Part shown: piece after piece, positions 49,364 through 59,259 of the stretch
Numbering within the stretch: the stretch's first letter is position 1
Layout of the letters: the number at the start of each line of letters is the position of its first letter
From: Candidatus Coatesbacteria bacterium
Lineage (GTDB): Bacteria > JAFGND01
NCBI GenBank assembly: GCA_016927185.1
Contig: JAFGND010000006.1
Coordinates: forward strand, 1-64,000
DNA: 64,000 nt
Reading direction: 5' to 3'
Program-made: the position numbers and the translations under genes
The notes under the pieces: model-generated
What the model was told of the DNA's origin: nothing
Databases searched by the model: none
Seen by the model: only the letters and a program-made list of their open reading frames with translations

Positions 49364-50356
49364 GTGAAAAAAATACTGATTATCAGGCTTAAGGGTTTTG
49401 GTGATATCTTGATGACCAGCCCTGTCTGGAGAAACATCAAACTGAACGATCATTCTACTGAGATCCATCTTCTGACAGACAGGAAGATAGCAGAATTATC
49501 CCGCATGTATAAGGAACTGGACAAGGTTTATGAAATGGATACTTCTTCCTTGATTAAACAGATTGAACTGATTAGCTGCTTAAGGAAGGAGAAATACGAT
49601 TTCGTAATAGATTTATTCTGCAATCCAAGAAGCTCATTCCTGACACTAATTACAAATGCTCCTGTCAGAATTGGATTCAATGTGAGGTTCAGGAAACACG
49701 CATATAATAAGCTGATCTCTGATGAGTACAGAAAAAAGCATGAAGTAATGCATCATCTAGCAAGCCTTGCTTACATTGACATGAAAATCATCAATGATAA
49801 GATTTACCTTCCTGATAGCATAAGAAAAGAATTCAACCTTGAAATCAAAGACAATTCTTTTTTCACTGTTGCCCCTATGGGAAAATGGAAATGCAAGAGA
49901 TTCCCTGAAAAGAAGATGGCTGAGATAATTAATCAAATTCATGACAAATTCAAATTATCTTCTGTAGTTCTATATGGAGATAGTGAGGAGAAGAAAAGAG
50001 CTGAATACATAAAATCTCTGACAGGCAATTCATGCTTGCTTTCTCCAGAATCTGATTTCATGCAGATGGCTTCCATAATAGAGAAAAGCTTATTCCTCTT
50101 GACAAACGATACTGCCGCATTACATATAGCTGAAGCTCTTGAAAAGCCAATTATTGCGTTTTTCGGTCCCACAAATCCCTTAACACAAGGACCCAGATAT
50201 TCAAGGCATCTGATTATAAAAAATGCTGAAATGGAATGTCTTTGCTGCAATAAGACAGTATGCAAGAAAAACAGCTGTTTTGAAAATATTGATATGAATA
50301 AAGCAAAAAATGAGATAGAAATATTTATAAATTCAATAAGTAATCCTGAAGCCTAA
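49364..50356 (+). CDS. Family 9 glycosyltransferase (LPS heptosyltransferase-like)
   Basis: ILIIRLKGFGDIL, TNDTAALHIA, FGPT; Cys-rich C-terminus; GTG start. Confidence 0.9.
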   Translation: MKKILIIRLKGFGDILMTSPVWRNIKLNDHSTEIHLLTDRKIAELSRMYKELDKVYEMDTSSLIKQIELISCLRKEKYDFVIDLFCNPRSSFLTLITNAPVRIGFNVRFRKHAYNKLISDEYRKKHEVMHHLASLAYIDMKIINDKIYLPDSIRKEFNLEIKDNSFFTVAPMGKWKCKRFPEKKMAEIINQIHDKFKLSSVVLYGDSEEKKRAEYIKSLTGNSCLLSPESDFMQMASIIEKSLFLLTNDTAALHIAEALEKPIIAFFGPTNPLTQGPRYSRHLIIKNAEMECLCCNKTVCKKNSCFENIDMNKAKNEIEIFINSISNPEA

Positions 50357-51031
50357 TTCAGTTTTATCTCTTGATATGCTCGTGACTACTTTAAAGTCTT
50401 TATCAGATCTGGCTTTCTCCTTGATTCTACTATTAAATCTCTTGGTAGATCTCAATGCATTTATTGCTGAAAAAACATGATTGATTATTGTAACACCGAC
50501 ACAAATGCTTGCGATCTTCAATTGATTCTTGCTTTCATCCATTTTTGAATTGTAATCCTGTCTTGATTTATCACTATCCCAGCCATAAGAGAAAGCATCT
50601 TCCTTGCCTATCATGTCATAATATCTGCTATCTTTTTCAGAAGGCAGGTCAGCTTCTTTTTCCATAGCTTCTTCGTCTCCCTGTGCTTCTGCATTCTCTT
50701 TATATCTTTCCTTGTTCCAGTGTCTGTCACCGAATTTTCTGTATTCAATTTGCTTATCAAGACCTTTCTTGTGATATATGAAGTAAGAACCAACAAGACC
50801 AAGCTCAAGCATCATGAAAAAATAGCCACTATCGTTATTGCAGTATAATTCTCCACTGCCAGGGATTATCATTGAAAAAAGCATTGCCTTGGGAATTGAT
50901 TTGCTTTGATTTGAGATTTCTTCTATGTCAAGAATTGATTGGGAAGGCATCAGGCCAAATTCCTTATCCATTTCATTTTCTGAAAATAGCTGAGAAATAC
51001 AAATCAATATCACAAGAAATAAGTATTTCAT
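50333..51031 (-). CDS. Exported or membrane hypothetical protein (DUF5683-like)
   Basis: Signal peptide; KAMLFSMIIPGSGELY; YYDMIGK; NHVFSAINA; aromatic C-terminal residue. Confidence 0.55.
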   Translation of the reverse strand: MKYLFLVILICISQLFSENEMDKEFGLMPSQSILDIEEISNQSKSIPKAMLFSMIIPGSGELYCNNDSGYFFMMLELGLVGSYFIYHKKGLDKQIEYRKFGDRHWNKERYKENAEAQGDEEAMEKEADLPSEKDSRYYDMIGKEDAFSYGWDSDKSRQDYNSKMDESKNQLKIASICVGVTIINHVFSAINALRSTKRFNSRIKEKARSDKDFKVVTSISRDKTELGFRITY

Positions 51032-52251
51032 CTCTGAATGAAATCTTGTCTGTCAGATCTTGTTATTCCGAAAAGTCTTCTCAAATGCCTTAATTCCTTT
51101 TTTGCACCCTTGTAATCTCTTCTAGACATAACTTTTGTAGCAGTTTCAAGAAATTTAGCCAGATCATATTCCTTGAAACCTTCTGATCCTCCCCAGCAAA
51201 AGCTTGGGAAGTATTTAGGCTGTAAACCATTTCCAATTACATTGCAACCAATTCCTACTGTTGTACCTGAGTTAAGAAGTGTTCCTATTGCAGTTTTTGA
51301 ATGATCCCCGATGATTGAGCCCAGTTTTATAAGATTAGTTGTATAAATCCTGTTGGATGCCAATTGTATCCTAATCTGGCTGTAATTATTCTTAAGATCA
51401 GAAGTAACTGTTTGTGCTCCTATATTCACCCATGAACCAATAATACTGTGACCAATGAAACCATCATGATATTTGTTTGTATAATCGAATATTATTGAAT
51501 TTTCTATTTCCCCGTTTACTATAGAATAGGAACCTATGCTTGTCCCCTTGCCTACTTTCCCTCCTTGTATCTTTGCATACTGGGAAACATACAGAGGACC
51601 TTCCAGGTAACTGAAAGGGGCAATTTCAGCAAATTCGTCTATGAAAATTGAGCCTCTTCTGGCATCCAAAACAGCAAAAGGACTTATCTTCGCAGTTTTC
51701 TTGATGAATACTTTCTCATTTCTCATGATGCTGGATGAAGGCTGTGCCTGGAACTCACTCCAGCTAGATTCCGCTTCTTCAATCTCACAATAATTATCTT
51801 CAAGCATCTGCCAGATATATTCATATAGAGTTGGATTTGCTAATGCATGAGTTTTCCTGCATGACAAATCAGGATCCCATATGCCTCCTGATTGCTTTAT
51901 CTCCTGAAGAGTATCCAGTGCTTTCTCTTTGCTAGCCCATAAAGCAACAAGATCATTATCCGAAACATAGCAAGTATCTCTTTCCTGAATTTGCTTGAGA
52001 ATGGAAATGGATCTTATTCTTGAGTTTACGAAAATAAAAGAAGTAAGTGGACTTTTCTCAATCTCTTTAGCGATTTCCTCATAATCAATATGTCCTAAAG
52101 CATGTCCCGGAATAATTATTGTATAGGGGAAATGCCTCATCGCATGCTGAATAGGAGATCCGGTTCCCCTTAAAAATTCAGCAACTGTTCTGTACATAGC
52201 TAACGGGAAAAAATTAGCTATTTTCTTGTCTTCAAAAAAGATTATCTGCAT
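51028..52251 (-). CDS. GlmU-like putative sugar nucleotidyltransferase/acyltransferase with hexapeptide repeats
   Basis: IFFED...FFPL...R; NKYHDGFIGHS; SDLKNNY; GDHSKTAI; PKYFPSF. Confidence 0.82.
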   Translation of the reverse strand: MQIIFFEDKKIANFFPLAMYRTVAEFLRGTGSPIQHAMRHFPYTIIIPGHALGHIDYEEIAKEIEKSPLTSFIFVNSRIRSISILKQIQERDTCYVSDNDLVALWASKEKALDTLQEIKQSGGIWDPDLSCRKTHALANPTLYEYIWQMLEDNYCEIEEAESSWSEFQAQPSSSIMRNEKVFIKKTAKISPFAVLDARRGSIFIDEFAEIAPFSYLEGPLYVSQYAKIQGGKVGKGTSIGSYSIVNGEIENSIIFDYTNKYHDGFIGHSIIGSWVNIGAQTVTSDLKNNYSQIRIQLASNRIYTTNLIKLGSIIGDHSKTAIGTLLNSGTTVGIGCNVIGNGLQPKYFPSFCWGGSEGFKEYDLAKFLETATKVMSRRDYKGAKKELRHLRRLFGITRSDRQDFIQR

Positions 52252-52255
52252 TCTT

Positions 52256-53560
52256 CTATAACTTTATTGGTTCCTGAGAAACAATTTTAATAACATCCAC
52301 ATAAGCTTTTATTCCTGCGTAGAGATTATTTATATAAAGCAGTCTTTTGTCAACTAAATCTTTATAAGCATCAAGAATCTCTCTCATTGTGCCTTTACCT
52401 ATTCTATATTCTTCTATTCTCTGATTAAGAACCAGACTTGCTTCTTCTACAATTTTCTTATAAAGTTCTGTTCTTTTCTTATATCTTTCATAATTCCTGT
52501 ATTGCGTGATAATAGTCTGTTTCATTCCATAGACATTGTCTCTGTATGTTATTTCCGCTTGATCAAGCTGTATCCTTGCCTGCTTATATGCAGCAGTAGT
52601 TGCGAAAGAAGTAAAAATTGGTACAGACAGGTTGAGAGAAAACTGCCATGTAGGATTACCATCAGGATTAAGGGTATGATCCGTTGGCCAGCTATACGAA
52701 AAATTTGCTGATAATGATGGCAAGTGTTCTCCAAACGCTCTTGATTTATTTATTTCAGCTTGTCTTATTGCATAATAAGCTTTTCTCTGAGATAATATCT
52801 TCTCTCGCGATTCCAGAAGATTGTTGAGATTCAACTCTTTTCTTGGAAAATTCAGGACTTCATTATCATCAATTTCTATTTCCTTGTCAAACTCAAAAAC
52901 CAGCAGTCGCTTTAGATTATCTTTGGCTGTTTCCAGTTCATCTTTTGCTTCTGATATACTCAGCTCTTCATTAAGAAGCTGTAATTCAGCTTCCCTCAAT
53001 TCAAGATCTACTCCAACCCCTACCCTGTTTCTTTCTCTCGCCAGACTTATCAAGAATTTCAATCTTGGAATATTCTCTTCTGAGCTCTTTATCTGAGCTT
53101 TAGCCTGTGATATGGCAATGAATGATTCTATGACAGATATCACTATTTCATTTCTGTCAATCAAGATCTGAAGAGTATGGCTTTCACTCTGCAGTTTTTT
53201 CAGTCTCACGTTATCTATAAGACTTGTTCCGCTCAATAAATTCTGACTTATTGAGAAAGAAGTGGTAAAATAGTCAGTATCTTCGTCCAGTGGAGTTCCT
53301 GCCCTTCTTGCAGCTTCTCTTTGAGCGTCAGTATAGTTGGTTTTCTCTCTTTTTGAATAGCTCTGATTAAGATATATTTTGGGAAGCATTGCAGTATAGG
53401 CTTCAATAACTGCCCAACTATTAACATCTACCTGTAAAGAATCGTTTTTAATTGTAGCATTCTTCTTCAACGCAATTTCTATTGCTTCCTTCAATGAAAT
53501 ATTTTCTGCTTTCAGAGCAACAGCTATGAAAAAAACTAAAATGAAGCTCCTCAGGAGCAT
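52256..53560 (-). CDS. TolC-family outer membrane efflux protein
   Basis: Signal peptide; ISLKEAIEIALKKN; duplicated LP.L....SY / L.VPIF architecture. Confidence 0.88.
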   Translation of the reverse strand: MLLRSFILVFFIAVALKAENISLKEAIEIALKKNATIKNDSLQVDVNSWAVIEAYTAMLPKIYLNQSYSKREKTNYTDAQREAARRAGTPLDEDTDYFTTSFSISQNLLSGTSLIDNVRLKKLQSESHTLQILIDRNEIVISVIESFIAISQAKAQIKSSEENIPRLKFLISLARERNRVGVGVDLELREAELQLLNEELSISEAKDELETAKDNLKRLLVFEFDKEIEIDDNEVLNFPRKELNLNNLLESREKILSQRKAYYAIRQAEINKSRAFGEHLPSLSANFSYSWPTDHTLNPDGNPTWQFSLNLSVPIFTSFATTAAYKQARIQLDQAEITYRDNVYGMKQTIITQYRNYERYKKRTELYKKIVEEASLVLNQRIEEYRIGKGTMREILDAYKDLVDKRLLYINNLYAGIKAYVDVIKIVSQEPIKL

Positions 53561-53564
53561 TACT

Positions 53565-53777
53565 CTACTTCTTTACCTGATTATATACCCAGTCTTTATT
53601 GCAATCGCAAATATCTACGACTTTCCTGACAGGAGACCATTGCTTGCCATTTTTATATCTTGCTTCATACAAAACTGCGTGTTGTATTCCTGCTCCACAA
53701 ACAGGGCACAATTTGGCTTCCTTTTTTTTCTGATCATGTGCGAGTTTTGCTGCAAATGTTCTATCTTTCTTTGCCAT
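53565..53777 (-). CDS. Small basic Zn-ribbon protein (bL38/DUF4295-like candidate)
   Basis: MAKK start; CPVC...CDC; Lys-rich; strong SD AAGGAG and its own TTGACC box at 53829-53834. Confidence 0.75.
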   Translation of the reverse strand: MAKKDRTFAAKLAHDQKKKEAKLCPVCGAGIQHAVLYEARYKNGKQWSPVRKVVDICDCNKDWVYNQVKK

Positions 53778-53898
53778 TCAGAGACTCCTTTATTTTATTT
53801 AAGTTCAAGCTTTATTTAATACTATACTGGTCAAGTATTTTTTGTCTTAAGCTGGCTAGGCAAATTAATCATTTTGCTACAACGACTGCAATTCAATG

Positions 53899-54609
53899 CT
53901 ACTTCCCTGCATTCTTTGTCAAGATTTCCTTTAGCTCATTTTCAAGCATAGTGCGTTCTGCTGGTAATTTTCTTATCCTGTCAATAAGATACTGCAAAGC
54001 ATATTCTCTCTTTATGCTTTTATCAGCTAGAAGTAAGTAAGTTATTAAACCTGCAGTTCCTATTATACCTTTCAAACCAAATGGTGCAAAATGAACAAAA
54101 TTTCCCATTTTAACTTTTGGAATTCCTGTCAAGATATAGAATAATGTTATTAAGATTACTATGGTTACTAGTGTTAACTGAATCCTGCTTACAGTTTTAA
54201 CTCCAGTAATATTTATCACTATAAATACAATGCATAGAATTACTGATGTCATATGAATATTCACATCAATAACCAGCAGCAAAAAATGTGAAATGCCGAT
54301 TAATGTAAAAGATGTCTTGAGTATTGTACTGTACCAGCTTAACAAGGATGATGTCATTCCCAGGGCAGGTCCAAGGCTTCTTGAGACAAAAAAGAAATCA
54401 CCTCCTGTCTTGGGCATTGCTGTAATCAATTCAGCAGTACTTACCATGCTTGTCATTGCCAATATACCTGCCATAAAATATGACAATACAACTGATGGAC
54501 CTGTTTTTGCAAATGCAAGACCTGGCAGTATGAAAATTCCGGAGCTAATCATTGCCCCAATGGCGATACTGAAAACATCTAATGCGCCTAGTTGCTTCTT
54601 AAATTCCAT
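53899..54609 (-). pseudogene. APC-family amino acid permease with an apparent in-frame internal deletion and truncation
   Basis: GAMISSGIFILPG and AELITAMPKTGG present, but only 236 aa; jumps from GTAGL directly to a post-TM cytoplasmic segment (REYAL...LENELKEI). Confidence 0.65.
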
Positions 54610-54698
54610 ACTGTTTTTGTGTCTGTTTCGAATTCATTTATTGCTGTTTTTCTTGATTCTCTCTGGTTGATCTCTAAGATATTACTCGGCTTGAACTC

Positions 54699-55985
54699 TT
54701 AATCATCAGGTTTTATCTTGAAATATCTGTATACTTCAGCGGCTGTGAAAAGAGAGCCTATTATCAATATTGGTCTCTCTTTCTCTTTATTCATCTTCAG
54801 CAACTTTATGATTGCTTGTGTTACATTCTTGCACACCATATTTTCAGTGCCAATTTTACTTGAGATGTTATGCAGCCTTTCCACATCAGGAGCTCTATCA
54901 CTTTCAGGAGGAGCAAGTGCTATGAATGCAGCATATTTCTGTAGATGCTTTACCATGTTTTCAATCTTCTTGTCTCTTAAGGCAGCAAGAAGTATATATA
55001 ATTCAGTATTTTTGAAAATTGATTTCAAGGTTGAATCTATTTCCTTTATTCCATGCAGGTTATGACCGACATCCAGCCAGATCTCTGGCTTTTCAGAAAT
55101 CCTCTCGAATCTTGCATGCCAAACAGTATCGTGCAATGCTTCAAGAGCTTTATCCATATTGAAGTCCTCAATCAATCTGGAAGATGCAAGTAATGCAAGG
55201 AGAGCATTTGTTATTTGATGATAACCTATCATTTTCAACTTTGCATTTATTTTCCTGTCATCCTTTAATGAAAAACTGAATTCAGTTCCTTCCATCGATA
55301 TTTTTGTTGTTTCGTAAGATATCTCATTATTCAATATGAATAGACTATCAGCAAATATATCTCTTGCTCTTTCCAGAAATACTGTTTCTATATCAGGTTT
55401 CATGTTTCCCAGAAAAACCTTGCTGTCCCTCTTTATTATACCAGCTTTTTCATAAGCAATCTTCTTGAGGGTGTTCCCAAGCGATTTCTCATGATCAATA
55501 CCAATATTTGTAATAATGCTTCCTGAGGGATTCACGGTATTTGTAGCATCAAGTCTGCCACCCAGACCTATTTCCAGTATTGCCCAGTCTATTTCCTTTC
55601 TCTTGAAATATATGAATGCCAGCAATGTAGTAAGTTCGAAGAATGTCAGTTTATATAGTTCGATAATCTTCTTGAATTCAGTATATAATGCAATGATTTC
55701 CTCTTCGCTTATCCTGCTTCCATTTGCGATAATTCTCTCTCTGTAATCAATAATATGAGGAGATGTAAGCCTTCCTGTCTTGAAGCCATGATATCTGAAA
55801 ATTCTCTCAACATAAGCTGTTGTTGAGCCCTTGCCATTCGTTCCAGCTATCAAAATTGATTTGAAAGCTTTTTCTGGATGATTTATTGCATCAAGAGCTG
55901 CATTCATTCTGTCAAGGTTGAGTTTTATTCCGAGAGAAGCATGAAGTTTGAAAATATCCTTCAGAAACTTGACGTAACTTATCAT
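54699..55985 (-). CDS. folC: Folylpolyglutamate synthase / dihydrofolate synthase
   Basis: AGTNGKGST, TSPH, EIGLGGRLDATN, DH, IAYEKAGI, LDVGHN, GSL. Confidence 0.96.
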   Translation of the reverse strand: MISYVKFLKDIFKLHASLGIKLNLDRMNAALDAINHPEKAFKSILIAGTNGKGSTTAYVERIFRYHGFKTGRLTSPHIIDYRERIIANGSRISEEEIIALYTEFKKIIELYKLTFFELTTLLAFIYFKRKEIDWAILEIGLGGRLDATNTVNPSGSIITNIGIDHEKSLGNTLKKIAYEKAGIIKRDSKVFLGNMKPDIETVFLERARDIFADSLFILNNEISYETTKISMEGTEFSFSLKDDRKINAKLKMIGYHQITNALLALLASSRLIEDFNMDKALEALHDTVWHARFERISEKPEIWLDVGHNLHGIKEIDSTLKSIFKNTELYILLAALRDKKIENMVKHLQKYAAFIALAPPESDRAPDVERLHNISSKIGTENMVCKNVTQAIIKLLKMNKEKERPILIIGSLFTAAEVYRYFKIKPDD

Positions 55986-57559
55986 ATGGTAGTATCTTCA
56001 ATAATCATATATCCGTGATAATTATCATCTCTTTCAGGATGGTCTTCAAGAAAATGCAAACCTCTTGATTCCTGGCGCATCCTCGAACACATGACAATAA
56101 ACTTGGCTACTTCAAACAAGTTCCTGAGTTCAACCAATCCCAGGTCAAACCTTGTCTTATCGTAAGCTTCTCCTACTACAGGTGTCCATTTCCTGATGAA
56201 TGTTTCTGCTTCATCCAGACCTTTGTTGTTCCTTACTATGCCAACCTTTTTCCACATAGTTTCCCGCAGTTCTTCTTTCAGCTCCTGAATATCAAACAGC
56301 TGATTCTTGTCTTCATTTACAAACAGAGCTTTCAATCCTGTTACTTCAGGTGTCTTTAATCTTGAAGACTCTATATGCCTGTAAGCTTGTTCGGCAAAGA
56401 CCAGTGCTTCCAGCAGGGAGTTTGAAGCAAGTCTGTTTGCTCCATGCAGGCCAGAGTGAGCAACTTCTCCTATAGCATAAAGAGAGGGAATCGATGACCT
56501 GCCATTCATGTCTATGTCTATTCCACCGCATATATAATGAGCTGCAGGAACAACAGGAATTGGATCTTTTCTTATATCGATTTCGTAGGAAAGGCATTTA
56601 TTGTAGATTTGCGGGAATCTTTTTTCCAGATATTCTCCATCAATACTTGTAGCATCCAGAAGCACATATTTCTTCTGGTTTTCTTTCAGGTAGAAATATA
56701 TGGATCTTGCAACAATATCCCTTGGTGCAAGTGAACCAAGAGGATGATTAATCTTTAAAATTTCTCCATCAGCTGTCTTCAGTATGCCGCCTTCCCCTCT
56801 TACTGCTTCAGAAACAAGAAATGCTCTTTTCCCTTCAATGATAGATGGATAGAGTGCAGTTGGGTGAAATTGGACGAACTCCATGCTAGCTATTGAAGCA
56901 CCTGCCCTGGATGCAATCGCAATTCCATCACCTGTAGCAATTTCGGGATTAGTTGTATACTTGTAAACCTGTCCGATGCCTCCTGTTGCAAGAATTACTG
57001 CTTTTGCAAAACAGGCAAAAAGATTGCAATTCATCTCATTATAGTAAACAACACCAACACATCTTCTATCCCTGATTAAAAGATCTATGACGCAACAGCC
57101 TTCCTGTGTCTTCAGTCTGTCTTTATTCAATATTACATTTATAAGCCCAGATTCAATTTCCTGCCCAGTAAGATCTCTTGCATGGACTATCCTGTTGAAA
57201 GAATGTCCTCCCTCTTTTCCTAAATCAAACTGACCATCAGTTTTTTTGGAAAACTGAATTCCGCTGTTTGTCAGTTCAAGGATAAGTTTGGGGCCTAATT
57301 TCACGGCAAGATCTACCACTTCAGGTCTGTTTATACCTCCACCGGCTTTCAAAGTATCAGCATAGTGAGAATCAAATGAATCAGTATTCGAGAATACTGA
57401 AGCAATACCACCCTGAGCATAGTTTGTATTGCAATCAGAATGCTCCTTTTTTGTAAGAAGCATCACTTCACCTAACATTGACAATTTGAAAGCAAGGGAT
57501 AAGCCTGCTATGCCTGAACCAACTACAAGATAATCTGTTATTTGTACTTTTATTTCCAT
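55982..57559 (-). CDS. nadB: L-aspartate oxidase
   Basis: GSGIAGL, YAQGGIA, EGGHS, QFHPT, SEAVRGEG, LAPRDIVAR, HGANRLASNSL, ESRG. Confidence 0.96.
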   Translation of the reverse strand: MEIKVQITDYLVVGSGIAGLSLAFKLSMLGEVMLLTKKEHSDCNTNYAQGGIASVFSNTDSFDSHYADTLKAGGGINRPEVVDLAVKLGPKLILELTNSGIQFSKKTDGQFDLGKEGGHSFNRIVHARDLTGQEIESGLINVILNKDRLKTQEGCCVIDLLIRDRRCVGVVYYNEMNCNLFACFAKAVILATGGIGQVYKYTTNPEIATGDGIAIASRAGASIASMEFVQFHPTALYPSIIEGKRAFLVSEAVRGEGGILKTADGEILKINHPLGSLAPRDIVARSIYFYLKENQKKYVLLDATSIDGEYLEKRFPQIYNKCLSYEIDIRKDPIPVVPAAHYICGGIDIDMNGRSSIPSLYAIGEVAHSGLHGANRLASNSLLEALVFAEQAYRHIESSRLKTPEVTGLKALFVNEDKNQLFDIQELKEELRETMWKKVGIVRNNKGLDEAETFIRKWTPVVGEAYDKTRFDLGLVELRNLFEVAKFIVMCSRMRQESRGLHFLEDHPERDDNYHGYMIIEDTTI

Positions 57560-57788
57560 ATCTTCCTTAAAACAAGTCAGGGCAAAAAGTTCAAATAAAT
57601 TACTTTAGTCAATAGTTTTCAGTTCCGAGTAATTTTTTCATAACCAGCTTATTTTTATTGAGAATACTACAAGAAATACTGACAGCAAAGCGATACTTGA
57701 AATTGCTGCTATTTCATTGAATTGAATCACATCACAAATCCATGCTAAGTAGAATTCTTTAGATAACAGCTTTGGGTTATCAGTTTAT

Positions 57789-59129
57789 TTAATTCTCAAC
57801 CTTCACTATTACTCTGGATGAATTACCAGCTTCAATTATATATGTACCAGGCTGCCATCTGCTGCTGTCAAGTTTATTGTAACCTTTCTCTATGGTTGCC
57901 ACCTGTTTCCCAGTCAAATCATATATCCTGCCATAAGTAATACTTTCAACCACAAGTTGTGAAGCGAATGGATTTGGATATGCTTTTATCTTGTTTCTTT
58001 CTGGCATATAAAAGGAAGCTTTCCTGCTATTGAAGCCATAGTTGCCTTTTATGCAATAAATGTTATTATCATTGCATCCGATGACAATGCTGCCATTCCT
58101 GCCGAGAGCAAGACTGCTTGAAAATCCATTATCTGAGACTTTCAATCTCCAGTTTATTGTACCATCAGGCTTAAGACTGTAAACATAACTGTCTGATCCT
58201 CCGAAAAAGATATTGTTATTCCTGTCAATTGCAGGACTTCCCCATATAAGGGTATATGTGCTGAACTTCCAGTATAGAGAGCCATCACTCTTTATTGCAT
58301 AAAGATAATTATCGAAACTTCCTATATATGTATTAGAGTTGGAGTCTATTGCTGGAGAGCTGGTAAGATTTCCCCCTGCAAGGAATTTCCATTTTAATGA
58401 TCCATCAGGATTTAGTGCATACAGATAACTGTCCTCACATCCAAAAATTACTGTTCCATCATCTCTGACAGCTGCAGATGAGAGAATAAACCCACCTACT
58501 GTAAAAACCCACTTCTGTTTACCATCTCCTGAAACAGCCATCATATCCATGGCTCCGTATGCAGATCCTACATACAAGGTACCATCCCTGCCAATAGCAG
58601 GGCTTGCAAAATGACCTCTTCCTGTTGCAAAGGACCATTTAAGATTTCCCTCTGGACTGAAAGCATGAATTATTCCATTAGAGAAATAAATGGTATTATC
58701 AGAACCGATAACTGGAGATGATGCAGATTCCCAATCCACTGCATATTTCCATCTCAACTGACCATCGCTTCTTAATGCATAGAAATTCTTGTCATTGCTT
58801 GCAAAATAAATCGTATTGTCGCTGCCTATAGCTGGTGATGATGAGACTTTGTCTGCACATTGGAATTTCCATACCAGTGCTCCATCTTTTGTAAGGCAAT
58901 AAAGATAATTGTCATCAGAACCTGCATATATTCTATCGTTATCGTCAATTGCTGGAGAAGAAAAAACGTCATCTCCTGTTTTATAACTCCAGTCAATTCC
59001 TGGATTGGATAAAGGACCTGAAACGCTTGATTTTGCATTATGCCTTGAATCATATCTATACATGGGCCATATGGCAGCAGAGCTAAAACCAATGTCAGAT
59101 AGTAATAATAGTATGATAATAGTTTTCAT
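57789..59129 (-). CDS. Secreted PQQ-like beta-propeller repeat protein with a T9SS-like C-terminal domain
   Basis: SD AAGGAG before ATG 59129; SSPAI...D..LY....DG..KW repeats; YPNPF...IYDLTGKQV. Confidence 0.88.
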   Translation of the reverse strand: MKTIIILLLLSDIGFSSAAIWPMYRYDSRHNAKSSVSGPLSNPGIDWSYKTGDDVFSSPAIDDNDRIYAGSDDNYLYCLTKDGALVWKFQCADKVSSSPAIGSDNTIYFASNDKNFYALRSDGQLRWKYAVDWESASSPVIGSDNTIYFSNGIIHAFSPEGNLKWSFATGRGHFASPAIGRDGTLYVGSAYGAMDMMAVSGDGKQKWVFTVGGFILSSAAVRDDGTVIFGCEDSYLYALNPDGSLKWKFLAGGNLTSSPAIDSNSNTYIGSFDNYLYAIKSDGSLYWKFSTYTLIWGSPAIDRNNNIFFGGSDSYVYSLKPDGTINWRLKVSDNGFSSSLALGRNGSIVIGCNDNNIYCIKGNYGFNSRKASFYMPERNKIKAYPNPFASQLVVESITYGRIYDLTGKQVATIEKGYNKLDSSRWQPGTYIIEAGNSSRVIVKVEN

Positions 59130-59193
59130 GATTTCTCCTTTAAAGATATTTTTCCTTATGATTGGAAAACGGACTTTTTTAATGTTTTTCATA

Positions 59194-59216
59194 AGTCAAT
59201 AAAAATAGACTTGACT
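59194..59216. promoter_or_regulatory. Back-to-back -35 boxes of divergent promoters
   Basis: AGTCAA-N11-TTGACT; the forward box is followed by TATATT after 16 bp. Confidence 0.55.
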
Positions 59217-59259
59217 AAAAAGAGAAACTTTTTATATTACTTTTATACGGAGGATGATT

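Noticed and set aside
57560..57788. Riboswitch or ncRNA upstream of nadB
   Set aside because: Only a short GATAAC/GTTATC hairpin and a TTGACT box are visible; no recognisable riboswitch consensus. An Infernal scan would be needed to exclude one.
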